From: a virus
Lineage: Duplodnaviria; Caudoviricetes
IMG/VR virus record: IMGVR_UViG_2639762779_000001
Span: 1 to 64,000 of that record
Strand: one strand, 5' to 3'
DNA length: 64,000 bases
Shown here: piece by piece, positions 37,751 through 45,894 of the stretch
Layout: each line of letters opens with the position of its first letter
Position numbering within the stretch: position 1 is the stretch's first letter
Position numbers and translations under genes: made by a program
Notes under the pieces: generated by a model
Database searches by the model: none
Told to the model about the DNA's origin: nothing
The model's input: the letters and a program-made list of their open reading frames with translations, nothing else

Positions 37751-39172
37751 TCAGGCAACCGGTTTGCCGCAGTTGGGGCAGAAGTTCGTCGTCTCCTCGA
37801 GTTTCTGCCCGCAGTTGGGACAATAGTTCGGTCGTGCTGCCGGCTCCGGTTCATCCGGCTGTTGCATCGTATTCGCATTGGGTGCCACCGTTGCCGGGGA
37901 GGCCGGTGCCGGTTGAGGCGCCGTCTCCGCAACGGTTGCCGTCGGCGTGGCCGTCTTCTGTGTAATACGTGGCACGTCCGGGGTCAGAGGGACGTTCTTG
38001 TGTTCGCGGATGGCACGCATCTTGACCGAGCTTCCGAACACTTCGAACACGTTCTGTGGAATGTTGTCGATCGGCAGCAGGTCTATGGCGCGGATTTCGG
38101 CCACCAATTGTTCTGGCGTGACAACCCGTATGCCGCCGGGCCATGTGGCTTCGCTTACGTCGGGTGTGCCGTTGTGTCCGGCCGGGGTCATGCAGATGAG
38201 CCATTCGGCTTGAATATGGTAGCTGGTCAACGTGGACTGCCAGTTGGCTTTCTGCATCGCCATGTTCTTGGTTAGGTGAATATATGGTTTGCCGCCCGCG
38301 CCTTTGATGAGGGCGCGTTGGCTGATGCTGAACCGGACCAGAGTCTTCACGTCCATGTTCACATACTTGGTGTCGGCGCCGCCCTTGTAGTTCTTCGCAT
38401 CCACGAACCAGGCATGCACCTGCTGCTGCGAATCGATGCCGACCAGCACGCAGTCGATATCCGCATTGATGGGCTTGCGCTCCTCGTTCAAACCGTAGAG
38501 CGACCAGAAGCTGATCACCTCGAGTTTCGAATAGGAGATGATCTTGGCAAGATTGCTTTCGCCGCGCTGCCCTGATTGCACTGCCGTATCGTCGAACGAG
38601 GAGGAGTCCAAACCGGAACCGGGGTCACCATACAGGTACCCGCATTCGCGCTCATGTTCCAGATCAACGCTTTGGATGGCTTCCAACAACGGGTCGGGGT
38701 CTCCACCGTTGTCATGGTCGACAAGATACCAGCCTTCACACTCCGGTTCGCCTTTCATGGCGGCGATCAGATTGTATTTTCGTCCGACATTATCCAGTTC
38801 GGTTTTCGTATCTATTATCACATGGGACGTTTTCGCCGGAGTCTTTTCCTCCTGGTCGGTCAGGGCGCCTTTCATGATCAAGATGCCGATATATGCTACG
38901 AAAATTCCGATGAGCAGCTGGATGAAGGCGATGGCGCCGGTGGCAGTGGTGACGCTTGTCCCGGTGAACGGGTTGACGGCGTAATTAATGCCCAGTGCGG
39001 CTATCACGGCTCCGGGAATACCGATGGCGAGACAGCCGATACGGTGCGAACGATCCTTGAAGAGGGAGCCGATACCCACGATGGCGAGCGTGATGATTAT
39101 CGCCAGGAATCCAATGACGTTCAAACTCATGAAGAACGGGTCCAGATGCCCGGTATTCTGTTGCGCTAACAT
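37751..39172 (-). CDS. membrane protein with NERD/PD-(D/E)XK nuclease domain and C-terminal double Zn ribbon
   Basis: 3 TM; GQRGE, DIDCVLVG, VDAKNYKG; CPNCG x2. Confidence 0.8.
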   Translation of the reverse strand: MLAQQNTGHLDPFFMSLNVIGFLAIIITLAIVGIGSLFKDRSHRIGCLAIGIPGAVIAALGINYAVNPFTGTSVTTATGAIAFIQLLIGIFVAYIGILIMKGALTDQEEKTPAKTSHVIIDTKTELDNVGRKYNLIAAMKGEPECEGWYLVDHDNGGDPDPLLEAIQSVDLEHERECGYLYGDPGSGLDSSSFDDTAVQSGQRGESNLAKIISYSKLEVISFWSLYGLNEERKPINADIDCVLVGIDSQQQVHAWFVDAKNYKGGADTKYVNMDVKTLVRFSISQRALIKGAGGKPYIHLTKNMAMQKANWQSTLTSYHIQAEWLICMTPAGHNGTPDVSEATWPGGIRVVTPEQLVAEIRAIDLLPIDNIPQNVFEVFGSSVKMRAIREHKNVPLTPDVPRITQKTATPTATVAETAPQPAPASPATVAPNANTMQQPDEPEPAARPNYCPNCGQKLEETTNFCPNCGKPVA

Positions 39173-39186
39173 GTTCGTTCCTTCTT

Positions 39187-39636
39187 CTAATCTGTTCGAA
39201 CGGCGGTTTTGTATTCCAGTATGCGTCGATAATCCTCCAACACAAAAACGGTGACATCCAGTTCGCAGGCCATCTGGTAAATCTCGCCATCGTATTCGCG
39301 TTCGGCACGCACGTAGTCCGCCGGGTTGATCAGGAACATGGCGGTCTCCCGACGTACACGCCATTCCGCATGGGTCTTCCCGTATTCGGCGTGGGAGTCG
39401 TCAGCGTGAAGCCAATGGAACAGCTCGTGAACGAGGGAGCAGCGTTTCTGCACGTCGGTCATACGCTCGTCTATGACGATGGTCTGCACCGCCTCACAGT
39501 AGATGCCCGAGGTCTTGTCATCCAAGGACGCTTCGATGACATGCACCTGCTGCCCGTCCACGGTGTCAAGCATCTGCTCATAGGTCATGTCACGAGACAC
39601 TGGCATTTGGCGGTCGTAACTTGCGGCCGTCAGCAC
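39187..39636 (-). CDS. ImmA/IrrE family metallo-endopeptidase (anti-repressor)
   Basis: RCSLVHELFHW, AEWRVRRETAMFLI, ACELDVT; start uncertain. Confidence 0.9.
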   Translation of the reverse strand: MLTAASYDRQMPVSRDMTYEQMLDTVDGQQVHVIEASLDDKTSGIYCEAVQTIVIDERMTDVQKRCSLVHELFHWLHADDSHAEYGKTHAEWRVRRETAMFLINPADYVRAEREYDGEIYQMACELDVTVFVLEDYRRILEYKTAVRTD

Positions 39637-39728
39637 GATTCCAAATCCTCCTATCGAATCGGTTCGAGAAGAGGATACTGTATCAAAACCGGTAAGAGCA
39701 TTAAGCGCGGAGCTGACAGTCTTTACCA

Positions 39729-40283
39729 CTAGCGGCCGTCACCGCCGTTCATCTCCTCACGCTTGTAGGGATCCTTGTGCGCCGCCAACGACATGTCGCC
39801 CCTGCGTAGCTTCTCCAGGACGATACGTTTACGGTCCTCATCGGTGAGGGGTTTCGATTTTGCCATATGCTGCCCTTGAGGAACGGTGTCTGAAACCGTG
39901 TCTTCGTAATCCGAGCTGGTGAGCGATGGCATGCCGTTCAGTACCTGTACGACTTTGCCACCATCCATTATGGCGACGAATTGTCGGATGGTGACGCTGT
40001 CAGGGTCGATTTGATCGGGGGATTCCCCTGTGATTTTTTGCGGATCGGCAAGATCGACATATGAGGTCAGTTGCCCAAAAGTCATGTTCCATAGCTTGCA
40101 CATAAGCTGCAGGTCTCCGATTCGCCATTCCTGCTCATCCTTGACGCGATCCCGTATGTATCGTTCGCTGCGTCCGATTAGTTTTCCCAAGGCGCGATTG
40201 GATAGCTGGCGTATGCCCATCTGAGCCTTTACGCCGATGTTGATACGTCGGGCGAATTCGCATACCTCAATCTTTGTGACCAT
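39729..40283 (-). CDS. XRE-family repressor (ImmR/CI-like)
   Basis: N-terminal HTH LSNRALGKLIGRSERYIRDR; C-terminal SLAAHKD typical of ImmA-cleaved repressors. Confidence 0.85.
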   Translation of the reverse strand: MVTKIEVCEFARRINIGVKAQMGIRQLSNRALGKLIGRSERYIRDRVKDEQEWRIGDLQLMCKLWNMTFGQLTSYVDLADPQKITGESPDQIDPDSVTIRQFVAIMDGGKVVQVLNGMPSLTSSDYEDTVSDTVPQGQHMAKSKPLTDEDRKRIVLEKLRRGDMSLAAHKDPYKREEMNGGDGR

Positions 40284-40344
40284 ATATCAATTGTACAACG
40301 GTATGCGTTCAATGCCTCCTACTATTCGACACGCCAGCACGATT

Positions 40345-40397
40345 TGCGTGTTCCTCGTCGCATACGTTATAACAGTCAGTGCGACGAGGAACACGCA
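40345..40397. promoter_or_regulatory. 18-bp inverted-repeat operator pair flanking the rightward -10
   Basis: TGCGTGTTCCTCGTCGCA-17 nt (contains TATAAC)-TGCGACGAGGAACACGCA. Confidence 0.75.
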
Positions 40398-40425
40398 CTA
40401 GATGGAAAAAGAAAACGGAGAAAAC

Positions 40426-40689
40426 GTGTCAAATACAAGCGATAAAGCCTCAAAGACTGGACTCGTAATCCGCGACCGTATAAACGCAATAGCCGGGGTC
40501 AACAGGCACTCCAACTATAAGATCGCAGAAATCATCGGAAAGTCGGAACGGTATGTCCGAGATCGAAAAGACGGGAAAAGCGACTGGAAGCTCGGCGACA
40601 TCGAGCTGTATGGCGAGGCCACCGGTTACACAATCAGCGAAATCACCGCGAAGGAATTCAACATCAAGCCGGCTGTAAACGAACGGTAA
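40426..40689 (+). CDS. Cro-like HTH regulator
   Basis: Divergent from the repressor; HSNYKIAEIIGKSERYVRDR; GTG start after GGAG. Confidence 0.85.
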   Translation: MSNTSDKASKTGLVIRDRINAIAGVNRHSNYKIAEIIGKSERYVRDRKDGKSDWKLGDIELYGEATGYTISEITAKEFNIKPAVNER

Positions 40690-40709
40690 CGTCAGAAGAA
40701 AAGAGAACC

Positions 40710-41771
40710 ATGCGCATCAGGAGCATCAAGCCGGAGTTCTGGCGCAGTCGAGATATAGCAAAGCTCGATTGGGACACGAGACTGGTTTTCATCGGCCTAT
40801 GGAGTTACGTGGACGATAACGGGGTAGGTAAGGACATCGACTACGACATCATCGGCGACCTGTTCGCGTCTGATCTCATAAAAGACCCTCGCGAGACTGT
40901 CGCGAGAGTGTCGCGAGCCCTCGCGAGTCTTTCTGAAGCTGGATTGATATATCGCTACGAGGTCGATAACACTCCTTATCTGGAGATTGCGACATGGTCA
41001 AGGCATCAGAGAATCGACAAACCAGGCAAGCCGAGGTATCCGTCTCACAAGATGTCAAACCCCAATGATTCCAACGGTTCCGACCTAGATTCGCGAGACT
41101 GTCGCGAGAGTGTCGCGAGACTCCCGCGAGATTTCCACGCCCGGAACAGGGGAACAGAGGAACAGAGGAACAGAGGAACAGAGGATATCTACTCCTCTCT
41201 ATCCCCTCAAAATCCAGAATCGGTAAAAACGGAAAAATCGGCGGACAAGTCCGCCTCAGAGCTGGAAAACGAGAATGATGTTTTCGATGTCGTGACCATT
41301 GACAACGTGGTTGAGGATTCGACTCCGAATGAGGATAAGACTTCAACGGCTTCTTCGAAGAAAAGAAAAGTTCCGAAAAAAGAAAAGAAGCCCTCCCGCA
41401 AGACCGGCACCACATTGACACCGGATTGGAAGCCATCGCCCGACATGCTCAGATGGGTAGCTCGCAATGGCATCAAGGTGATGCGCGAGACCGAACTGTT
41501 CGTCGCCTACTACACGCAGGAGCACCCCGACTACCGGTGCAGCGATTGGGACGCGACCTACAAGCGTTGGGTCGAGAAAGACATTCTCAGCATCCAGAAC
41601 GGACGCGACCCCAACAACGTCGCGTTGAACCCGGAGAAGCTGCGCCCCGTCAGCAAGATGCAGGCGAACTACGAGGAGTACGAGCGGCGTATCAGGGAAG
41701 CGCACGCGCAGCGGCTCGAGCATGAAGCCAAGTACGGGAAACCAGAAATACCTTTGGAGGCTGAACTATGA
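40710..41771 (+). CDS. phage-type replication initiator (replisome organiser)
   Basis: MRIRSIKPEFW...FIGLWSYVDDNG N-domain; internal iterons; C-terminal DWDATYKRW. Confidence 0.85.
   Translation: MRIRSIKPEFWRSRDIAKLDWDTRLVFIGLWSYVDDNGVGKDIDYDIIGDLFASDLIKDPRETVARVSRALASLSEAGLIYRYEVDNTPYLEIATWSRHQRIDKPGKPRYPSHKMSNPNDSNGSDLDSRDCRESVARLPRDFHARNRGTEEQRNRGTEDIYSSLSPQNPESVKTEKSADKSASELENENDVFDVVTIDNVVEDSTPNEDKTSTASSKKRKVPKKEKKPSRKTGTTLTPDWKPSPDMLRWVARNGIKVMRETELFVAYYTQEHPDYRCSDWDATYKRWVEKDILSIQNGRDPNNVALNPEKLRPVSKMQANYEEYERRIREAHAQRLEHEAKYGKPEIPLEAEL
40889..41130 (+). repeat. two iteron clusters, (T/C)CGCGAG x4 each at 10-11 bp phasing
   Basis: Units at 40889, 40900, 40911, 40921 and 41091, 41102, 41113, 41124; 29 bp identical between clusters. 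Confidence 0.85.
41143..41182 (+). repeat. GGAACAG(A/G) x5 tandem repeat
   Basis: Direct reading of the sequence. Confidence 0.9.
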
Positions 41772-42298
41772 GCAGAGACGAAGCACTGCTGGTGTTGACG
41801 CGCATCATGACGCACCACGGGTTCGCGCAGGTCAACGAGCTACAGGTCACGTGCTTCTGCGACGAGATCAAACCGTACGTGACGCTGCCCATGGCCATCG
41901 CCGCCGTCAACGAGTATTACGCGAACCCGCCGGAAAACGGACGGTGGATGATGGCCGGCGACGTGAACCGTATCGTCAGCCGACACCATCGTGCCGGACT
42001 GCCCACCGAAGCCGAAGTCACCAAACTGTTGGAAACAAACCGTATCGACGACCCGGACGCCGCATGGCAGTTCCGCCGGACCCTATTCAAGGCGTTGCGC
42101 AACGGACGCACCCCTCAACAGGCGATAGCCAAAGCGTTGGAATTGTCCGAGAAGCCCATGATCGCCGCACGCCCTCATACGGAAAACAAAGCCTTGCCGT
42201 CGAAACGGTCACCGCGACAACCTGATTCCGCCCGGCCGGCCTCATTGGCGGCAGCCGTTCATAGTCCCGAAGAGCTCTTCACCAACAACCGCAAATAG
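41768..42298 (+). CDS. putative helicase loader/inhibitor (P/G39P-like)
   Basis: ATGA-coupled to the initiator; MSRDEALLVL...AIAAVNEYY...WMMAGDV pattern. Confidence 0.6.
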   Translation: MSRDEALLVLTRIMTHHGFAQVNELQVTCFCDEIKPYVTLPMAIAAVNEYYANPPENGRWMMAGDVNRIVSRHHRAGLPTEAEVTKLLETNRIDDPDAAWQFRRTLFKALRNGRTPQQAIAKALELSEKPMIAARPHTENKALPSKRSPRQPDSARPASLAAAVHSPEELFTNNRK

Positions 42299-42343
42299 AA
42301 AAAACCGTTCCGCCATTGCGCGGAATCATGATTGGAGAAAAAA

Positions 42344-42697
42344 ATGGCCGATACCACCATTGAAAATCAGAACAGCATCCATACGGAACTGCCGGAGCCG
42401 CCGGCCGGCTTCGCATACGAGTCCATCGATGACAGCGAACTGGGGGAGGAGATTCCCCTGTCCGTGGCCGATGAGCCGTTGGGCGAAACCCAGAAGCGTG
42501 ACCTGCTGGGATTGGTTCACGACAACACCGTGAACAGTGCCGAACTGGCTCGCATCATTCTCGACTCAAAGTATTTCGCTGATCCGCAGGTCAATGAATT
42601 GGTTCGCAAGACATTCAAGGATCTGGAATGCGCCGCGGATCATGCTGTGGATGCGTTGAAGCTTCTCGGGTGGGACGCTGATTCCGAAGAACGCTAG
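42344..42697 (+). CDS. acidic hypothetical protein
   Basis: GGAG RBS. Confidence 0.7.
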   Translation: MADTTIENQNSIHTELPEPPAGFAYESIDDSELGEEIPLSVADEPLGETQKRDLLGLVHDNTVNSAELARIILDSKYFADPQVNELVRKTFKDLECAADHAVDALKLLGWDADSEER

Positions 42698-42741
42698 GCG
42701 TATTCCGAAATCACGGGTTGGCGGTGAGTGCCGTTCGAACC

Positions 42742-42777
42742 TGATGAAGCCGCTTGTCGAAACGAGCGGCTTCATCA
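42742..42777. terminator. terminator-like hairpin
   Basis: TGATGAAGCCGCT / AGCGGCTTCATCA. Confidence 0.7.
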
Positions 42778-42879
42778 TTCAAAAAAAATGTATTTAGATA
42801 AAAAACCGGCGTTAATTGCGAAATCATCGGCTACAGTGGGCTGTGTTTGAGAAAACCTCGAAAAGGAGAAAAACTCGAT

Positions 42880-45609
42880 ATGTCCACAAGCAAGCATGCC
42901 GGATTGCGCAAAGCCGGCACCGCCGCAACCGTAGCGGCGCTCACGTTCGGCATGGCAGGCGCCACCGCCATCACCGCATTGGCCGACGAGCCAACAGCCG
43001 GAGGAAGCACCGGCAGCGACAACCAGACCACACCGGACACGGGAATCGAATACACGGCGACGGTAGCCGGAGAGCAAGTCTCCTTCACAAAAGACGCTGA
43101 CGGCAATTACTCCGCAAACGTGGACTCCATCGACCAGATGCCGGCCAGCAAGCTCGTCGTGCTCGACCAGGACGCCAAGCAGGTCGCCACCTTGAATCTG
43201 CAAAGGAACGACGCGCCGGACGACACGAGCGTGGTCGGCGTGGTGAAGAAATCCGGTTCCGCAACCTACACGGGCAGGGCCACGGCGGTATCACCGACAT
43301 TCACCGTCAACATCGGCAAATACTCGCAGAAATTCGGACAACCAGTCCAATATGCCGGCAAGGACATCACCGAAGGTGAACCCATCAATCTGGGAACCAC
43401 CAAGCTGCCTGACGACAACAATCCGACCGACACCTTCAAATTCAACGACAAGGTTCTCGGCTTCGACTGGGGCGACCTCTCGACGGACACCAGCAATGGA
43501 ACCTACACGCTGTACCGTCAGGGCACCTCACAGGACACCATCAATCTGACCAACGTCGGCGCAGGAATCGACAAGACGTGGGTTGTTCAGTTCACCAAGC
43601 GAGCGGTACGCTCCCACGTCTGGAACACCACGGTCGATGGGAAAGACTACACGTTCACGCTTGACAATAAAGGCGTCGAACAAGTGACCCTCGACAAGGG
43701 CAGCTCCTACCCGCAGGACAAGATCACCGTCGACGGATCCAGCAAGTTCGACATGCCCGGCTCCATCACGGTCAGCAAGGCCGACCCCTCCTCCAAGCTC
43801 GGACAAGTGGACGTGGAAGGCAGCGTCACCTATGACAAGGCCGCCGACCCCAAGACGCCAACCCCGGCCTTCCATGCGGAGAGAACCTTCGCATACACTG
43901 GTGGCACGGCGCTGACCATCAAAGGCAGCCGCAGGAACCTGCTCAAGGGGACCAACGGGAAAACGTATTATACGAAAGTCTCGACCCTTAACCTCGGTCC
44001 GGACAACGAGCCCACGGACGATTCCAAGCAAATCGTTCTGACCGACGGAGAGAAGGATGTCGCCACTGCCGATATCAATTGGGCGAAAGACGAGAACGGC
44101 AAGCCCGATGTCACCGTCGAAGACAAGACCGTGGACGGGGCCACCAGCAAATTCGTACGTCGTGTCGGAACAGCCGACGGCACAGTGAAGGTCACCGACC
44201 CCGGTAGCGGCAAGACCATGGAAGTTCCCTTCCATATCATCGCCACCGCCGACCGTGCCCAGGATAAGAGCTTCACTGGTTTGACCGTCACCCGTACCGA
44301 TGCCAAAGGCCAAACCACCGTCTATGACGGCACCAAGGATTTCGATCAGAAATTCAGTCCGGACGTGCATGAATACACGCTCACCCTTCCTGCCAGTGCG
44401 ACCGGTGACAGCTACACGCTCGGACTCACCCGCGGCGTGGACTCCGAGGCCGGGACTCCGACCATCGCCCTAGGCGAGGGTGCATCCCGAGTGTTGAAAG
44501 TCACCGTCAACGGTGTCGAATACAAGGTGAACGTGAAATTCCAAACCTCCGACATCCAAGCGGATTCACCGGCGAAACTGTCCGGAATCTACGTGAATCG
44601 CACAGGCGAGAACACGAAGGGCCAGCTCATTGACAACTGGAACCCGAACCGTCTCGACTATGTGCTCGCCTTGGGTGAGAAGGACCCCAGCCCATATGTC
44701 TTGCCTGAAGCGCCGGAAGGCGTGACAATCAAAGGCGGCAACGTTACACAGAACGCCCAATCCACGAAACAGGAATGGATCGTCACCGATACCGCTTCGG
44801 GCGTGAGCCGCACATATTCGCTCACCGTCACACGTCCAGTCAAAACCGCAGTGACCGAGTTCAAACCGAACGATCCAGCGAAGCAGGATCCATCCGAGGA
44901 TGTGAAGACTCCGCAGGACACGGATCTCACATCCCACGGATACGTCGGCAAGGATGGCAAGTATGTCAAGGTGGACAAGGACACTTATGAGATTCCGGAA
45001 GGCGGCGCATTCGCCTACGAGCCGAAGAACGGTCAATCCGCCACCGTCACCGTCTCTCACGAGGGCATGACCTATACGTACACGGTCAATGTGCTCGCCC
45101 AAGACGGCTACGCATTCGCCCAGCATACGTACAAGGTCACCTACATCACCCAACCCACCCATTTGGCGCAACTGACCGGCATCCTCGTTGACGGCACCTC
45201 CGTCAACGGTTTTGACCCAGACAAACGTGAATACACGGCTGCAGTGAACGACCCGAACGAATGGATGATCAGCCCCCAGTACGACAAGACCACCGGCATG
45301 TCCGTCAGCACCGAGAAGAACGGGCCCGACGCGGTCATCACCGTAACCAGTGGAGACGGATTGGAGAAAGCCGTCTATAAGGTGCATGTCACCAAGAAGC
45401 TGCTCGGCGGCGACGGCAACAGCGCCATGGGCTTGGCTGAGACCGGTGTCGGAGCCAGTGTACTCTCCTGGATTGTCGGCATCCTCATCGTCCTCGGCGG
45501 TGCAATCGGAATCTTCGCCACCGTGCGTAAGCCAAAGTCCAGTGATGACGGCGAAAGCCCCGAGGATCCGACCGGCACTCAGCCGGACGAGGCATCGAAG
45601 TCCGAGTGA
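42880..45609 (+). CDS. sortase-anchored surface protein with cadherin-like beta-sandwich repeats
   Basis: Signal peptide (ALA-D), repeated L.G...F.P....Y units, LAETG + TM + basic tail. Confidence 0.9.
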   Translation: MSTSKHAGLRKAGTAATVAALTFGMAGATAITALADEPTAGGSTGSDNQTTPDTGIEYTATVAGEQVSFTKDADGNYSANVDSIDQMPASKLVVLDQDAKQVATLNLQRNDAPDDTSVVGVVKKSGSATYTGRATAVSPTFTVNIGKYSQKFGQPVQYAGKDITEGEPINLGTTKLPDDNNPTDTFKFNDKVLGFDWGDLSTDTSNGTYTLYRQGTSQDTINLTNVGAGIDKTWVVQFTKRAVRSHVWNTTVDGKDYTFTLDNKGVEQVTLDKGSSYPQDKITVDGSSKFDMPGSITVSKADPSSKLGQVDVEGSVTYDKAADPKTPTPAFHAERTFAYTGGTALTIKGSRRNLLKGTNGKTYYTKVSTLNLGPDNEPTDDSKQIVLTDGEKDVATADINWAKDENGKPDVTVEDKTVDGATSKFVRRVGTADGTVKVTDPGSGKTMEVPFHIIATADRAQDKSFTGLTVTRTDAKGQTTVYDGTKDFDQKFSPDVHEYTLTLPASATGDSYTLGLTRGVDSEAGTPTIALGEGASRVLKVTVNGVEYKVNVKFQTSDIQADSPAKLSGIYVNRTGENTKGQLIDNWNPNRLDYVLALGEKDPSPYVLPEAPEGVTIKGGNVTQNAQSTKQEWIVTDTASGVSRTYSLTVTRPVKTAVTEFKPNDPAKQDPSEDVKTPQDTDLTSHGYVGKDGKYVKVDKDTYEIPEGGAFAYEPKNGQSATVTVSHEGMTYTYTVNVLAQDGYAFAQHTYKVTYITQPTHLAQLTGILVDGTSVNGFDPDKREYTAAVNDPNEWMISPQYDKTTGMSVSTEKNGPDAVITVTSGDGLEKAVYKVHVTKKLLGGDGNSAMGLAETGVGASVLSWIVGILIVLGGAIGIFATVRKPKSSDDGESPEDPTGTQPDEASKSE

Positions 45610-45613
45610 CTTA

Positions 45614-45753
45614 TGGGGCGATGAAAAGCTTCGCCCCCACTTTTTCAAGGCTTGGTGCTCCCGTGGGGAACTCTCCTGCAAAGCGTCTCTATCGCGGGAG
45701 CACCAAAAAAACACAAAGGCTTTCGGATGTTCAGCGAATATCTGAAAGCCTTT
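45614..45753 (+). terminator. three consecutive hairpins (two terminator-like)
   Basis: IRs at 45614-45639, 45652-45706 and 45715-45753, with T-tracts after the first and third. Confidence 0.65.
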
Positions 45754-45894
45754 TCTTATTTTCAATAATCACGGAAATAATTTCATAATTCACGGAACGT
45801 TATATGTAGAATAAAGCCGATAGCCGGAATTGGCATGGAATTCCAATCAGACAATTTCCCATACAAAAAAATCAATAGGAGACAAGGAAGAACA

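Noticed and set aside
40889-41182. Regular repeats as a possible CRISPR array
   Set aside because: Units are 7-8 bp without unique 30-40 bp spacers, lie inside a CDS, and no cas genes are present.
42881-42889. TGTCCACAA as a ninth promoter motif
   Set aside because: It is part of the start codon region (ATG TCC ACA), ends in A rather than T, and has no -10 at the 6-nt spacing.
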